Shown here: piece by piece, positions 27,054 through 35,010 of the stretch
Layout of the letters: each line of letters starts with the position of its first letter
Numbering within the stretch: position 1 is the stretch's first letter
The notes under the pieces: generated by a model
The model's database searches: none
The model's input: the letters and a program-made list of their open reading frames with translations, nothing else
What the model was told of the DNA's origin: nothing
Virus record (IMG/VR): IMGVR_UViG_3300048582_000146
Coordinates: 1 to 53,262 of that record
Direction: 5' to 3' (one strand)
Source: a virus
Lineage: Duplodnaviria; Caudoviricetes
DNA length: 53,262 bases
Program-made: the position numbers and the translations under genes

Positions 27054-27191
27054 ATGGGAATACCAATCAGAAAGGACTTCGATGAAATCAGAACTACCAA
27101 AGAAGAAAAACGAAAAAAAGCCTTAGAGGTTTTGGAGCTGGCCAAAAAGCAAGAAGCCGAAAAGCAGCTCAAAAGAAAAAACCAACAATAA
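27054..27191 (+). CDS. 45-aa charged peptide (not in ORF track)
   Basis: MGIPIRKDFDEIRTTKEEKRKKALEVLELAKKQE... Confidence 0.5.
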   Translation: MGIPIRKDFDEIRTTKEEKRKKALEVLELAKKQEAEKQLKRKNQQ

Positions 27192-27263
27192 AGCCTAAAG
27201 CTCTTGATTCTTCCAAATTGTCAACCCAATATTGCTCAACGTTTAACACTAAAAAGCAATAAC

Positions 27264-27473
27264 ATGGCAACACTTTTATTTACTCCAAGAACCACAATCG
27301 ATGCAAATGTATTTCAACATCGTTTAGATCAATCACCTTTTCATGCAGAATGGAACGTAAGAACCGGAGCATACGAATTTCAAGAAGAAGAGGAAAACAT
27401 CGACGAACTAGAAGAAATCATCACTAACTCACTCGCATTCGATATCGACGGCCGTTTTGAATTTGAAAACTAA
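27264..27473 (+). CDS. Small acidic hypothetical protein
   Basis: ATG 27264; E/D-rich. Confidence 0.6.
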   Translation: MATLLFTPRTTIDANVFQHRLDQSPFHAEWNVRTGAYEFQEEEENIDELEEIITNSLAFDIDGRFEFEN

Positions 27474-27480
27474 AAGAAAC

Positions 27481-27669
27481 ATGAAAAATTTAATTTCCAA
27501 AAAAGTAAAAATCGATAACTTCTTAACAACGGATCCATTTGAAAAGAGAGGCGAAACAGGAACTGTCGTTGGAATTACAGAAATAGACGAAGAAAACGCC
27601 GATGTATTTATTGAATTTGAAGATGGCGTTATCGGAATGTATCAACTAGGAACTTTTGAAACCCTTTAA
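27481..27669 (+). CDS. Small acidic SH3-like protein
   Basis: TDPFEKRGETGTVV...VFIEFEDG. Confidence 0.6.
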   Translation: MKNLISKKVKIDNFLTTDPFEKRGETGTVVGITEIDEENADVFIEFEDGVIGMYQLGTFETL

Positions 27670-27671
27670 TC

Positions 27672-27752
27672 ATGTTCAAGTATTGCAAACGCTGCTTCGT
27701 AATGACCCTATTTAAAAACAATAAATGTACAATCTGTAAATCAAAAAAATGA
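27672..27752 (+). CDS. 26-aa zinc-ribbon micro-protein (not in ORF track)
   Basis: MFKYCKRCFVMTLFKNNKCTICKSKK; ATGA overlap with the next gene. Confidence 0.5.
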   Translation: MFKYCKRCFVMTLFKNNKCTICKSKK

Positions 27753-28396
27753 ATACCTATTCAAAATACACCGCCAACGTATTCGTGGCAAAATGCCCGG
27801 ACCAACACGAAAAAGGAGAAACAATTCTTGTAACCACAAAATACGGCAAAGAAAACGAATGCATTGTTTTCAATCTCGTTCACCGCGACAAAGAAGGCAA
27901 CTTCTATTATTCGATTGTCAGAGCCGATGGCTTTAATATGCAAGAATATGCAAAAGCAAAAGCCGAACGTTACCAAAGCTGGGCAAATGCTCGAGAGAGA
28001 AAATCCACCGAGTATTATGAAGCTTCACAAGAAGGAAAAGACTTTCTCGCACTTGCAGAACCAATCAAAATTGGCCACCATTCAGAAAAGAGGCATCGAG
28101 CATTGATAGAGCGAAATTGGAACAGGATGGGTAAGTCAGTCGAAAACACAAAGATTGCTGAACAGCACGAAAGCAAAGCCGACTATTGGACCAGCAGAGC
28201 AAACCTGATAAATCTTTCAATGCCAGAATCAATCGAGTTCTACGAATACAAACTTGAAGAAGCCAAAATGCATCATGAAGGATTGAAAGACGGAACCATT
28301 GAAAGAAGTCATTCCTTTTCGCTTACTTATGCTAAAAAGGAAGTGAACAAATTTCAAGACCTTTTGAATGATGCTAAAAAACTGTGGGGAGAATAA
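27749..28396 (+). CDS. DUF3560-family protein
   Basis: EPIKIGHHSEKRHR signature. Confidence 0.85.
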   Translation: MNTYSKYTANVFVAKCPDQHEKGETILVTTKYGKENECIVFNLVHRDKEGNFYYSIVRADGFNMQEYAKAKAERYQSWANARERKSTEYYEASQEGKDFLALAEPIKIGHHSEKRHRALIERNWNRMGKSVENTKIAEQHESKADYWTSRANLINLSMPESIEFYEYKLEEAKMHHEGLKDGTIERSHSFSLTYAKKEVNKFQDLLNDAKKLWGE

Positions 28397-28414
28397 TCTA
28401 ATTAAAATTAAAAC

Positions 28415-28657
28415 ATGGAAAATCCAAATATTAAAACTAAAGTAGTTCATTCTGAATCAAAGGATGCTTGGAACGTCGTTGGAACAAAAATACCAGGGAA
28501 GTTTAAAATCGCCCGAATTCCTTACTTTGTAATCGGAAATGATATCATCGATACTAAAAACAAAGCAGAGGCCTTACTTCATGCTGAATTTATTTCAAGA
28601 TGTTTCAATAGCTCAGATAAGATTATATCAACTATATTCAGTACTTATGGAAATTGA
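28415..28657 (+). CDS. Hypothetical protein
   Basis: ORF within the operon. Confidence 0.6.
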   Translation: MENPNIKTKVVHSESKDAWNVVGTKIPGKFKIARIPYFVIGNDIIDTKNKAEALLHAEFISRCFNSSDKIISTIFSTYGN

Positions 28658-28868
28658 CTTCAAAACATCAAATCTTAAGGCAACTATCATCACAGTGAAC
28701 GATATTGAGGCATTAAAACGCTATAAAAAAGCATCAGAAGGCTCAATTATGTATTGGAATAAGGAAAAAGACAACAATCATCCAAGAGCTGATCTAAATA
28801 TTGAGTTCTTCACCCAAGCTCTAAATCTTTGCGATGAGAAAATTTTAAAAGCAAGTAAACAACTATAA
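28647..28868 (+). CDS. Hypothetical protein
   Basis: ATG 28647 (MEIDFK...). Confidence 0.55.
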   Translation: MEIDFKTSNLKATIITVNDIEALKRYKKASEGSIMYWNKEKDNNHPRADLNIEFFTQALNLCDEKILKASKQL

Positions 28869-28891
28869 GAACTTAACAATCAGTAATTTAT

Positions 28892-28922
28892 AAAAGGCTG
28901 CCTTTATAGGGTGGCCTTTTTT
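28892..28922 (+). terminator. Terminator ending the early operon
   Basis: AAAAGGCTGCC/GGTGGCCTTTTTT. Confidence 0.8.
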
Positions 28923-28925
28923 GTT

Positions 28926-28967
28926 ATAACATATTTTATTACTTAACAACATAATTTGTTACATTTG
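28926..28967 (+). promoter_or_regulatory. Promoter with tandem operator (copy 2)
   Basis: ATAACATATTTTATTAC and ACAACATAATTTGTTAC 20 bp apart, overlapping TACATTTG. Confidence 0.7.
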
Positions 28968-29003
28968 TTGCTAAATGTTTCCAAAGAAAAAAAATAAACT
29001 CCT

Positions 29004-29849
29004 ATGATTCAGCAATCTATCCAATCACGCATCATCAAAACCGACCTCATCAAGTGGCGTGAATTGAAATTCATTCAGCAAGAAAACTTTAAAGAATGGG
29101 TAACAAATGGTTCAGAAAAGCTAATTGAATCCATTTTAAAATATCAGTTTATTGCTCCTTTCATGGTTTGGCAGCATGATGCAGTAAATTATTGTTTAGA
29201 TGGCCGACATCGTTTTATGGATTTGGAAAAGGTGGCAGCATCCGGGAAAGAAGTGCCTGAAATGCTCCCGGCAACATTCATTGATTGTGCCAACATGAAA
29301 GAAGCCGAGCTTTTAGGACTTAAAAGTGCTTACTGGTTTGATGGAGATAGTAACGAGGTATTAGATACTTTCGATAAAACAGGTGCTGACTTCGTTTATT
29401 CTTGCCCTCCATACGCTGACCTTGAAAAATACAGCGACGACCCAAAGGATTTATCAAACATGGATTATGCAGACTTCAAAGAAGTTTACTTTTCCATCAT
29501 TAAAAAATCAGTTGCTCAACTCAAAGACGATCGTTTCGCTTGCTTTGTAGTGGGTGATGTTCGCGACAAAAAAGGATTTTACTACAACTTTGTTAGTGAC
29601 ACTATTCAAGCCTTTAAAGAGGCAGGGATGGAACTATACAATGAAATCATCTTGGTTAACGTGGTAGGAAGTTTGGCAATTCGTGTTCGTCGTCAGTTCA
29701 ACGGAGGTAGAAAGATTGGCAAAATGCATCAGAATGTATTGGTTTTCTACAAAGGCGACCCTAAAAAGATTAAAGAAAACTATCCGGAACTAAACATCGG
29801 CGAGGCTTTAGATGCTTTTGAAAATGACAATTCACTTATGAATTTATAA
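29004..29849 (+). CDS. ParB-like/DNA methyltransferase fusion, apparently internally deleted
   Basis: LDGRHR ParB motif and SCPPY catalytic motif present; no DPFxGxG SAM-binding motif. Confidence 0.75.
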   Translation: MIQQSIQSRIIKTDLIKWRELKFIQQENFKEWVTNGSEKLIESILKYQFIAPFMVWQHDAVNYCLDGRHRFMDLEKVAASGKEVPEMLPATFIDCANMKEAELLGLKSAYWFDGDSNEVLDTFDKTGADFVYSCPPYADLEKYSDDPKDLSNMDYADFKEVYFSIIKKSVAQLKDDRFACFVVGDVRDKKGFYYNFVSDTIQAFKEAGMELYNEIILVNVVGSLAIRVRRQFNGGRKIGKMHQNVLVFYKGDPKKIKENYPELNIGEALDAFENDNSLMNL

Positions 29850-29901
29850 AGATTAAAACTTTTGTTACATTTATGCCATTGTAACAAAAATTCATATCAA
29901 A

Positions 29902-30138
29902 ATGGCAGTAACTAATTATCAAATACTTATCGAAATGAGAGATACTATTATTGAATATTTAGAAACTCAGAAAAGCATTTGCGAAGATGCTTTGATTGCT
30001 TACATGCCACAACCTATTCAAGATATGGATTCAGAAATACGAATCATGAGGGAAAAGGAGGCTATCAAACTGCGTGACCGCATTACTGAATTGAAGCGTC
30101 ACATCGCGGTTATTAAAAACATGTACCATCAAAAGTAA
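29902..30138 (+). CDS. Hypothetical coiled-coil protein
   Basis: ORF; helical composition. Confidence 0.65.
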   Translation: MAVTNYQILIEMRDTIIEYLETQKSICEDALIAYMPQPIQDMDSEIRIMREKEAIKLRDRITELKRHIAVIKNMYHQK

Positions 30139-30143
30139 TACTT

Positions 30144-30605
30144 ATGGCCGGCAGTAGATCAAGTATTTTGGAAACAGAACGACGCGTGTTCACTATACAA
30201 GGGTGGATTATTACCGGCGTGCCTGACTATTTGATTCTGAAAAACATCGAGCAACAGTTTGGCGTTTGCCGTAGACAGTCAAAAAACCTACTAAAAAGAG
30301 CCTACACAATTTGGGTTCAGGACCAGGAGGCAACCATTGAACAGAAGCGAGCTTTAAAGATTGCCAAACTCAAGCAAGAGATTCGCTCAATGGGTGAGGA
30401 GTACAAATTTACTCCTAAAGGCATGGCTGTGAAGTTGGCTTATGAAAAGGAAATAAACAAGCTTGAAGGCATTTACCACGCTAAGCAAATGGTTCTCAAA
30501 GGCGATAAAGAAAACCCTGTTGTGGTTACCGACGACTTCACTCCGGAGAAGGAAGCACGACTAAACAAACTCATTGAAAAGGTTTTACAGTTCAAAAAAG
30601 AATAA
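30144..30605 (+). CDS. Putative terminase small subunit
   Basis: N-terminal HTH, helical core, KLEG...LKGDKENPV tail; upstream of terL. Confidence 0.55.
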   Translation: MAGSRSSILETERRVFTIQGWIITGVPDYLILKNIEQQFGVCRRQSKNLLKRAYTIWVQDQEATIEQKRALKIAKLKQEIRSMGEEYKFTPKGMAVKLAYEKEINKLEGIYHAKQMVLKGDKENPVVVTDDFTPEKEARLNKLIEKVLQFKKE

Positions 30606-30621
30606 TTTTTTTGTACTTTCA

Positions 30622-30663
30622 ATAACATAAACTACTATTTAATAATAAAATATGTTATTTTTG
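30622..30663 (+). promoter_or_regulatory. Promoter with tandem operator (copy 3), late operon
   Basis: ATAACATAAACTACTAT and ATAATAAAATATGTTAT 20 bp apart, overlapping TATTTTTG. Confidence 0.65.
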
Positions 30664-30688
30664 AACTATGAATTCAATCCAATATACT

Positions 30689-30721
30689 AAAAGCCTCTTA
30701 TGTGAGCGAGAGGCTTTTTTT
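30689..30721 (+). terminator. Promoter-proximal terminator
   Basis: AAAAGCCTCT/AGAGGCTTTTTTT. Confidence 0.8.
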
Positions 30722-30742
30722 AAACAGAACAACCCAGAGAAT

Positions 30743-30855
30743 TCTCCGAACGCACGAATACGTACGATTGTGTTTCTAATTGCAAGTAGATAGGAGATAG
30801 AGAAGCGAAAAACATAGCCAGAGGAGTTTCCTGATGATCGGTTTTAGATTCTGGC
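30743..30855 (+). ncRNA. Structured RNA modules upstream of the tRNA-like element
   Basis: TCTCC/GGAGA junction enclosing GAACGCA/TGTGTTT and CTA/TAG hairpins; GCCAGA/TCTGGC stem. Confidence 0.4.
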
Positions 30856-30860
30856 AAATT

Positions 30861-30974
30861 GGGGAAGTAGCTCAGAGGTTAGAGCAATTCAATAAACCTA
30901 GGCCTTCGATCGGGGTGCTTCGTATAGAAGGGGTTTATTTTCATAAGTCGTTGGTTCGAATCCAACCTTCTCCA
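30861..30974 (+). ncRNA. tRNA-like RNA with the anticodon arm replaced by a 58-nt structured insert
   Basis: Acceptor GGGGAAG/CTTCTCC, D arm GCTC-AGAGGTTA-GAGC, variable loop AAGTC, T arm GTTGG-TTCGAAT-CCAAC; no canonical anticodon stem-loop. Confidence 0.85.
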
Positions 30975-30975
30975 C

Positions 30976-31179
30976 AAAACAACTCATTCCGATAAGACGG
31001 AACATGGAACCTTTCGGGCGGTTGAATGGCTCGTCATATCATTCCGTGATACATGGATTATAGGTCTGGCATGTAGACAATTTGAGTCGTGTGGCGTTAG
31101 GATGTTTTTAGGGTTTTTCAGGTTTTCCTTTTTCGTCTTCCAAAGAACACCTTATAAAAAATCAAATGTGAGTTGTTTT
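30976..31179 (+). ncRNA. Putative ~200-nt structured RNA immediately 3' of the tRNA-like element
   Basis: 11-bp closing helix AAAACAACTCA/TGAGTTGTTTT; hairpins TTCCG/CGGAA, AACC/GGTT, TATCA/TGATA, GTCTG/TAGAC; helix ATGGCTCG/TGAGTCGT. Confidence 0.6.
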
Positions 31180-31203
31180 TTTAACCATTTAAAATCTAAT
31201 CAA

Positions 31204-31563
31204 ATGAGCTTAATCATTCAAGGAGGTAAAATTTTTGTAGAAGGAAAAGAAACAGTCGATGTAAATCTGATCGGTTATGCCCTTTTAGATTTTGCTGAAG
31301 ACATTAACTCATTGGAGCAAGTGTTTCAAATCACCCTCAATAAAGAAATGGTTAAAGAAGTTCAAACAAATTCAATTGAATCACCACCAAACCTTTTCAA
31401 CCCTAAAGACATGGTTTACTTGGTTCATGATTTTGAACAACTCCCTAGAATGGTTACAAAGATTGTGATTGATGATTTGGGCGTGATGTATGAGGTGGCC
31501 AGCGGAACAGATATTTCCGTTCACTACAACTTTGAATTAAGTAAAACCAAAACAGTTTTTTAA
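31204..31563 (+). CDS. Hypothetical protein
   Basis: ATG 31204 after an A-rich leader. Confidence 0.65.
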   Translation: MSLIIQGGKIFVEGKETVDVNLIGYALLDFAEDINSLEQVFQITLNKEMVKEVQTNSIESPPNLFNPKDMVYLVHDFEQLPRMVTKIVIDDLGVMYEVASGTDISVHYNFELSKTKTVF

Positions 31564-31565
31564 TC

Positions 31566-31808
31566 ATGAGCCTACTCGAGAAATTAAAAGACAGATACAA
31601 AAGACATCTTGACAAACGCCAAGATAAAAAAGATGTTCAGAAAATCATTGCTGATTACAACCTAAGTGACCCGCACGAACAGGTTAGACTTGTAAATGAG
31701 TTTACACTGATCTACCAAAAGAAAAGCACACTTAACCGCAAGCAACGCGATATAGTCAGAAAGAAAATACTTTTCATGGCTGAAAATAAAATCTTAGAAG
31801 TTAAGTAA
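31566..31808 (+). CDS. Hypothetical protein
   Basis: ORF within the operon. Confidence 0.6.
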   Translation: MSLLEKLKDRYKRHLDKRQDKKDVQKIIADYNLSDPHEQVRLVNEFTLIYQKKSTLNRKQRDIVRKKILFMAENKILEVK

Positions 31809-31822
31809 ATCCATCAATACCA

Positions 31823-33298
31823 TTGCTAACAGAAGCTGAAATACTAGAACTTGAAACTCTTCTGAAAGAAAGAGAAATTGATATTAAACGTAAGCGATTA
31901 AAGACTATCGGTGAAGATACGAATCCAAACTACCAGCTTCTTTTTAATGCCATCAATGAGCAAAAGTATAATGAATTAGGCGAGTTAATTTCAGGGTGGC
32001 GTGGTTGTGCATTGGAGGGTTCCTCTCGTTCCGGCAAAACGTGGTCCGGTGTTGATATAATCGTATGGCTTGCTCTTTATTATGAGCCAAACGGATGTAC
32101 AATAAACATTTACCGGCAAACCTACAACGAATTTAAAACAACGCTTTATGATGATTTCAAACGCCGGCTTGATGATTATGGATTGCCAAATCCTTTTCAT
32201 ACAGCCAAAGAAATAAAAAGCTTCAAGATAGGCAAAACAACCATTTACTTTCTTGGTGATGGAAAACATGGTGGAGGTTGTGACTATGCTTTCTTTAATG
32301 AAATGATGTTCATTGAGCAGCATGTATTTGACCAAACAGAAATGCGTTGCCGTAAGTTTTGGTGGGCAGATTACAACCCATCAGTTACCGAGCACTGGTT
32401 CTTTGATAGAGTTTTGTCACGTCCTGATGTTGGGTTTTTGAAAACAGTATACCAGGATAACAAATACATTTCCGTTCAGGAGAAAAACAAAATACTTTCC
32501 TACGAACCATGGAAGCCCGGTTCATACATCGTCAAAGAAAGTGAATTGCTTTGTTACAATAAGCAAACCGGCAAGATTGAATTAGTAAGCAAAACCAATC
32601 AACCGCCACCTCATCCATCAAATATTGAGAATGGAACTGCCGATGAGTTCATGTGGAAGGTTTACGGTCTTGGATTGCGTGGTGCCATGAAAGGAGTGAT
32701 ATTCAATCACGTTACTTGGATTGATGAGTTTCCGGACATTGCCTACATTTTTACTAATGACTTTGGATTTACAACAGATCCAAACTCTTTTAATAAATAT
32801 GCTGAAGATGAACACAACATTTGGATTGAGCCTCTATGCTATGAACCAATTGAGACATCTGAAGAACTGATTGGTGTGATGGATGCTCATTCAGTAAAAA
32901 GAAATTCAGATGATTTTAATCTTGATGGTGATTTGGTTATTTGCGACAGCTCCGATAAGTACACCGGAGAAAACAAAGGAACGGTGGAAATGGTAAGAGC
33001 TTTGAAAAAAGCACTATTCAACGCTTCAAAGGTCAGTAAAACTAAATCGGTGATGTTCTGGTTGAACTCAATGAAGTCTAAAAAGATTCACATTGTAAAA
33101 AATCATCTATACAACCAGGTTAAAAAGGAAAAAGAAAACTACAGAATGCGAGAAATAAACGGCATAGCAATCAATCAACCAATTGATTTGTTTAACCACT
33201 TCTGGGATTCTTCAAGATATGGCCACATGGCTTATAATTCGCAAAACAGAGTACACAGAACAGAACAATCACTCCCTGAATTGGGCATAAACTATTAG
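31823..33298 (+). CDS. terL: Terminase large subunit
   Basis: Walker A GSSRSGKT, FFNE, DYNP, DFGFTTDP, NHFWDSSRY; TTG start. Confidence 0.93.
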   Translation: MLTEAEILELETLLKEREIDIKRKRLKTIGEDTNPNYQLLFNAINEQKYNELGELISGWRGCALEGSSRSGKTWSGVDIIVWLALYYEPNGCTINIYRQTYNEFKTTLYDDFKRRLDDYGLPNPFHTAKEIKSFKIGKTTIYFLGDGKHGGGCDYAFFNEMMFIEQHVFDQTEMRCRKFWWADYNPSVTEHWFFDRVLSRPDVGFLKTVYQDNKYISVQEKNKILSYEPWKPGSYIVKESELLCYNKQTGKIELVSKTNQPPPHPSNIENGTADEFMWKVYGLGLRGAMKGVIFNHVTWIDEFPDIAYIFTNDFGFTTDPNSFNKYAEDEHNIWIEPLCYEPIETSEELIGVMDAHSVKRNSDDFNLDGDLVICDSSDKYTGENKGTVEMVRALKKALFNASKVSKTKSVMFWLNSMKSKKIHIVKNHLYNQVKKEKENYRMREINGIAINQPIDLFNHFWDSSRYGHMAYNSQNRVHRTEQSLPELGINY

Positions 33299-33303
33299 AA
33301 AAC

Positions 33304-34704
33304 ATGGAAGAATTAGAAGTGTTATTGGCAGGACCGGCAGACAAGGCTATTAAAGTTTTGACTTCCCAAAAAAAAGATTCTGCAATCATTCAGAACTACA
33401 TCAAAGAGTTCAAAAATCAAGACAGAACCATCCGGGCTTCTCAGGTTGGCAGCATCCAAAAGGATAAAGCAGTAGGAAAGGGGGAAAATTCAAAAACAGT
33501 TAAGGCGATTCGCTCTATTGTCAATTATCAAAAGAAAATCGTTACTACTGCATGTGCTTTTGAGGTAGGAGAGCCCGTTACATTGGTTGCTGACAAACCA
33601 AACGATTTAACTGAAGAAGTTTTACGTCTTTGGGAAGATAACCGTATGGATGATAAAATTCAAAAGGCAAAAATCATACAAAAAAGCCACACAGAATGTG
33701 CGATTCATTTCTATATTCAGGAAACAATCAATGCTGAAGAGAAAAAAGTGAACGACATCAAATCTAAATTGCTAACAAACGAATTTGGAGTAATGTCACC
33801 GTATTTTGATGAAACGGGAGACATGATTGCTTTTACTTGGGCTTTCAGCGTAAAGAATTCAGAAGAAAAAACCATAAAACACGTATGGATTTGGACTGAT
33901 AAACTTTGCTATAAGTATTCTGATGAATCAGGAACTTTTACATTCGTTGATAATTTGCCTCATGGATTCAATAAAATTCCAATCGTTTACATTTCTCAGG
34001 ATTTCCCAGAATGGAATGAAGTAGTGAGCCTTATTGACCGTTACGAAACTGCACTTTCAAAACTTGGAGCAAGTAACGACTATTCAGGTTATCCATTATT
34101 GAAGTTGTACGGAGAGGTTAAATCAATGCCTGACCGTAACGATGACGGTAAGACTTTGAACTTCCCAATGAAAGAAGTTGACGATACCGGCAAAACAATT
34201 CACGGTGATGCTGAGTTCCTGACTAATTCAAACGCACCGGAAAGCGTTAAACTAGAAATGGAGACTTTGGAAAACTTGATTTTTGCATTGTCATCGACTC
34301 CCAACTTATCATTCGACAACATGAAGGGAAGCATTGGCAATATTTCAGGTGTTGCTTTAAAGTTACTTTTCTTAGATTCAATGATCAAGGCTAAGATGAA
34401 TGAAGGCGACAATAGAACGATGATTCAAAGAATAATCAAAATATTGATTTCAGGAATTGTAACCACTACTCAAACCAAGCTAAATACTCAATCAAGAGAA
34501 ACGGTTATAAAAGTTCAGTTCAATTCTATTCTTCCGGATGATTTGAAAGAGGCTGTTGATATTGCAAGTGCTGCGGTTAATGCAGGAATTATGTCTAAAA
34601 AAACAGCTGTTGAACACTTAGGCATGACCGATGATTCTGAAGAAGAATTAAACACAATCAATTCAGAGCAAACAGTAACTGAACCAACAAACCCAGAGCT
34701 ATGA
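33304..34704 (+). CDS. Portal protein (SPP1 gp6-like)
   Basis: NYQKKIV, PHGFNKIPIV, LIDRY, NISGVALK; follows terL. Confidence 0.9.
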   Translation: MEELEVLLAGPADKAIKVLTSQKKDSAIIQNYIKEFKNQDRTIRASQVGSIQKDKAVGKGENSKTVKAIRSIVNYQKKIVTTACAFEVGEPVTLVADKPNDLTEEVLRLWEDNRMDDKIQKAKIIQKSHTECAIHFYIQETINAEEKKVNDIKSKLLTNEFGVMSPYFDETGDMIAFTWAFSVKNSEEKTIKHVWIWTDKLCYKYSDESGTFTFVDNLPHGFNKIPIVYISQDFPEWNEVVSLIDRYETALSKLGASNDYSGYPLLKLYGEVKSMPDRNDDGKTLNFPMKEVDDTGKTIHGDAEFLTNSNAPESVKLEMETLENLIFALSSTPNLSFDNMKGSIGNISGVALKLLFLDSMIKAKMNEGDNRTMIQRIIKILISGIVTTTQTKLNTQSRETVIKVQFNSILPDDLKEAVDIASAAVNAGIMSKKTAVEHLGMTDDSEEELNTINSEQTVTEPTNPEL

Positions 34705-34877
34705 AAAGTAAATTGATAAACACAGGTGTTTTAGTTGGAGGAATAATTCTCTCCATCAGTCCAATAGTTTGGATTTGGTTAGGCTGGTCCTTGTTTTGGA
34801 GGACAGCACTAACCGGACTGTTTATTCTTTTGATGATGGTCATTTTCAATTCAGCAAACCAATTAAAAATTAAGTAA
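34701..34877 (+). CDS. 58-aa two-TM membrane protein (not in ORF track)
   Basis: MKSKLINTGVLVGGIILSISPIVWIWLGWSLFWRTALTGLFILLMMVIF...; ATGA overlap with the portal gene. Confidence 0.6.
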   Translation: MKSKLINTGVLVGGIILSISPIVWIWLGWSLFWRTALTGLFILLMMVIFNSANQLKIK

Positions 34878-34889
34878 CTTATAAAATAT

Positions 34890-34919
34890 AAACCGCTCTC
34901 AAAAGGAGCGGTTTTTTTT
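34890..34919 (+). terminator. Intrinsic terminator
   Basis: AAACCGCTC/GAGCGGTTTTTTTT. Confidence 0.8.
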
Positions 34920-34933
34920 CTTTTAATGAAACT

Positions 34934-34976
34934 TATTTAGAATGATTCTAAATAGAATAAAATTTTATTACATTTG
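34934..34976 (+). promoter_or_regulatory. Capsid-operon promoter with a perfect Fur-box-like palindrome
   Basis: TATTTAGAATGATTCTAAATA covering the -33 position; TACATTTG at 34969. Confidence 0.75.
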
Positions 34977-35010
34977 TAATCATTATTATAACAACTAAAA
35001 CTTTTAAATC

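Noticed and set aside
30806-30840. Hammerhead ribozyme (GAAA...CTGATGA)
   Set aside because: No stem I between GTTTC and CTGATGA, and no stem II pairing
30940-30946. TT-CAT-AA read as a Met/Ile anticodon loop
   Set aside because: No 3' anticodon-stem strand follows; it runs directly into GTC and the T arm, so no functional tRNA-Met can be called
30975-31040. Theta/HDV-like ribozyme after the tRNA-like element
   Set aside because: No G-initiated P1 or nested double pseudoknot is visible next to the discriminator
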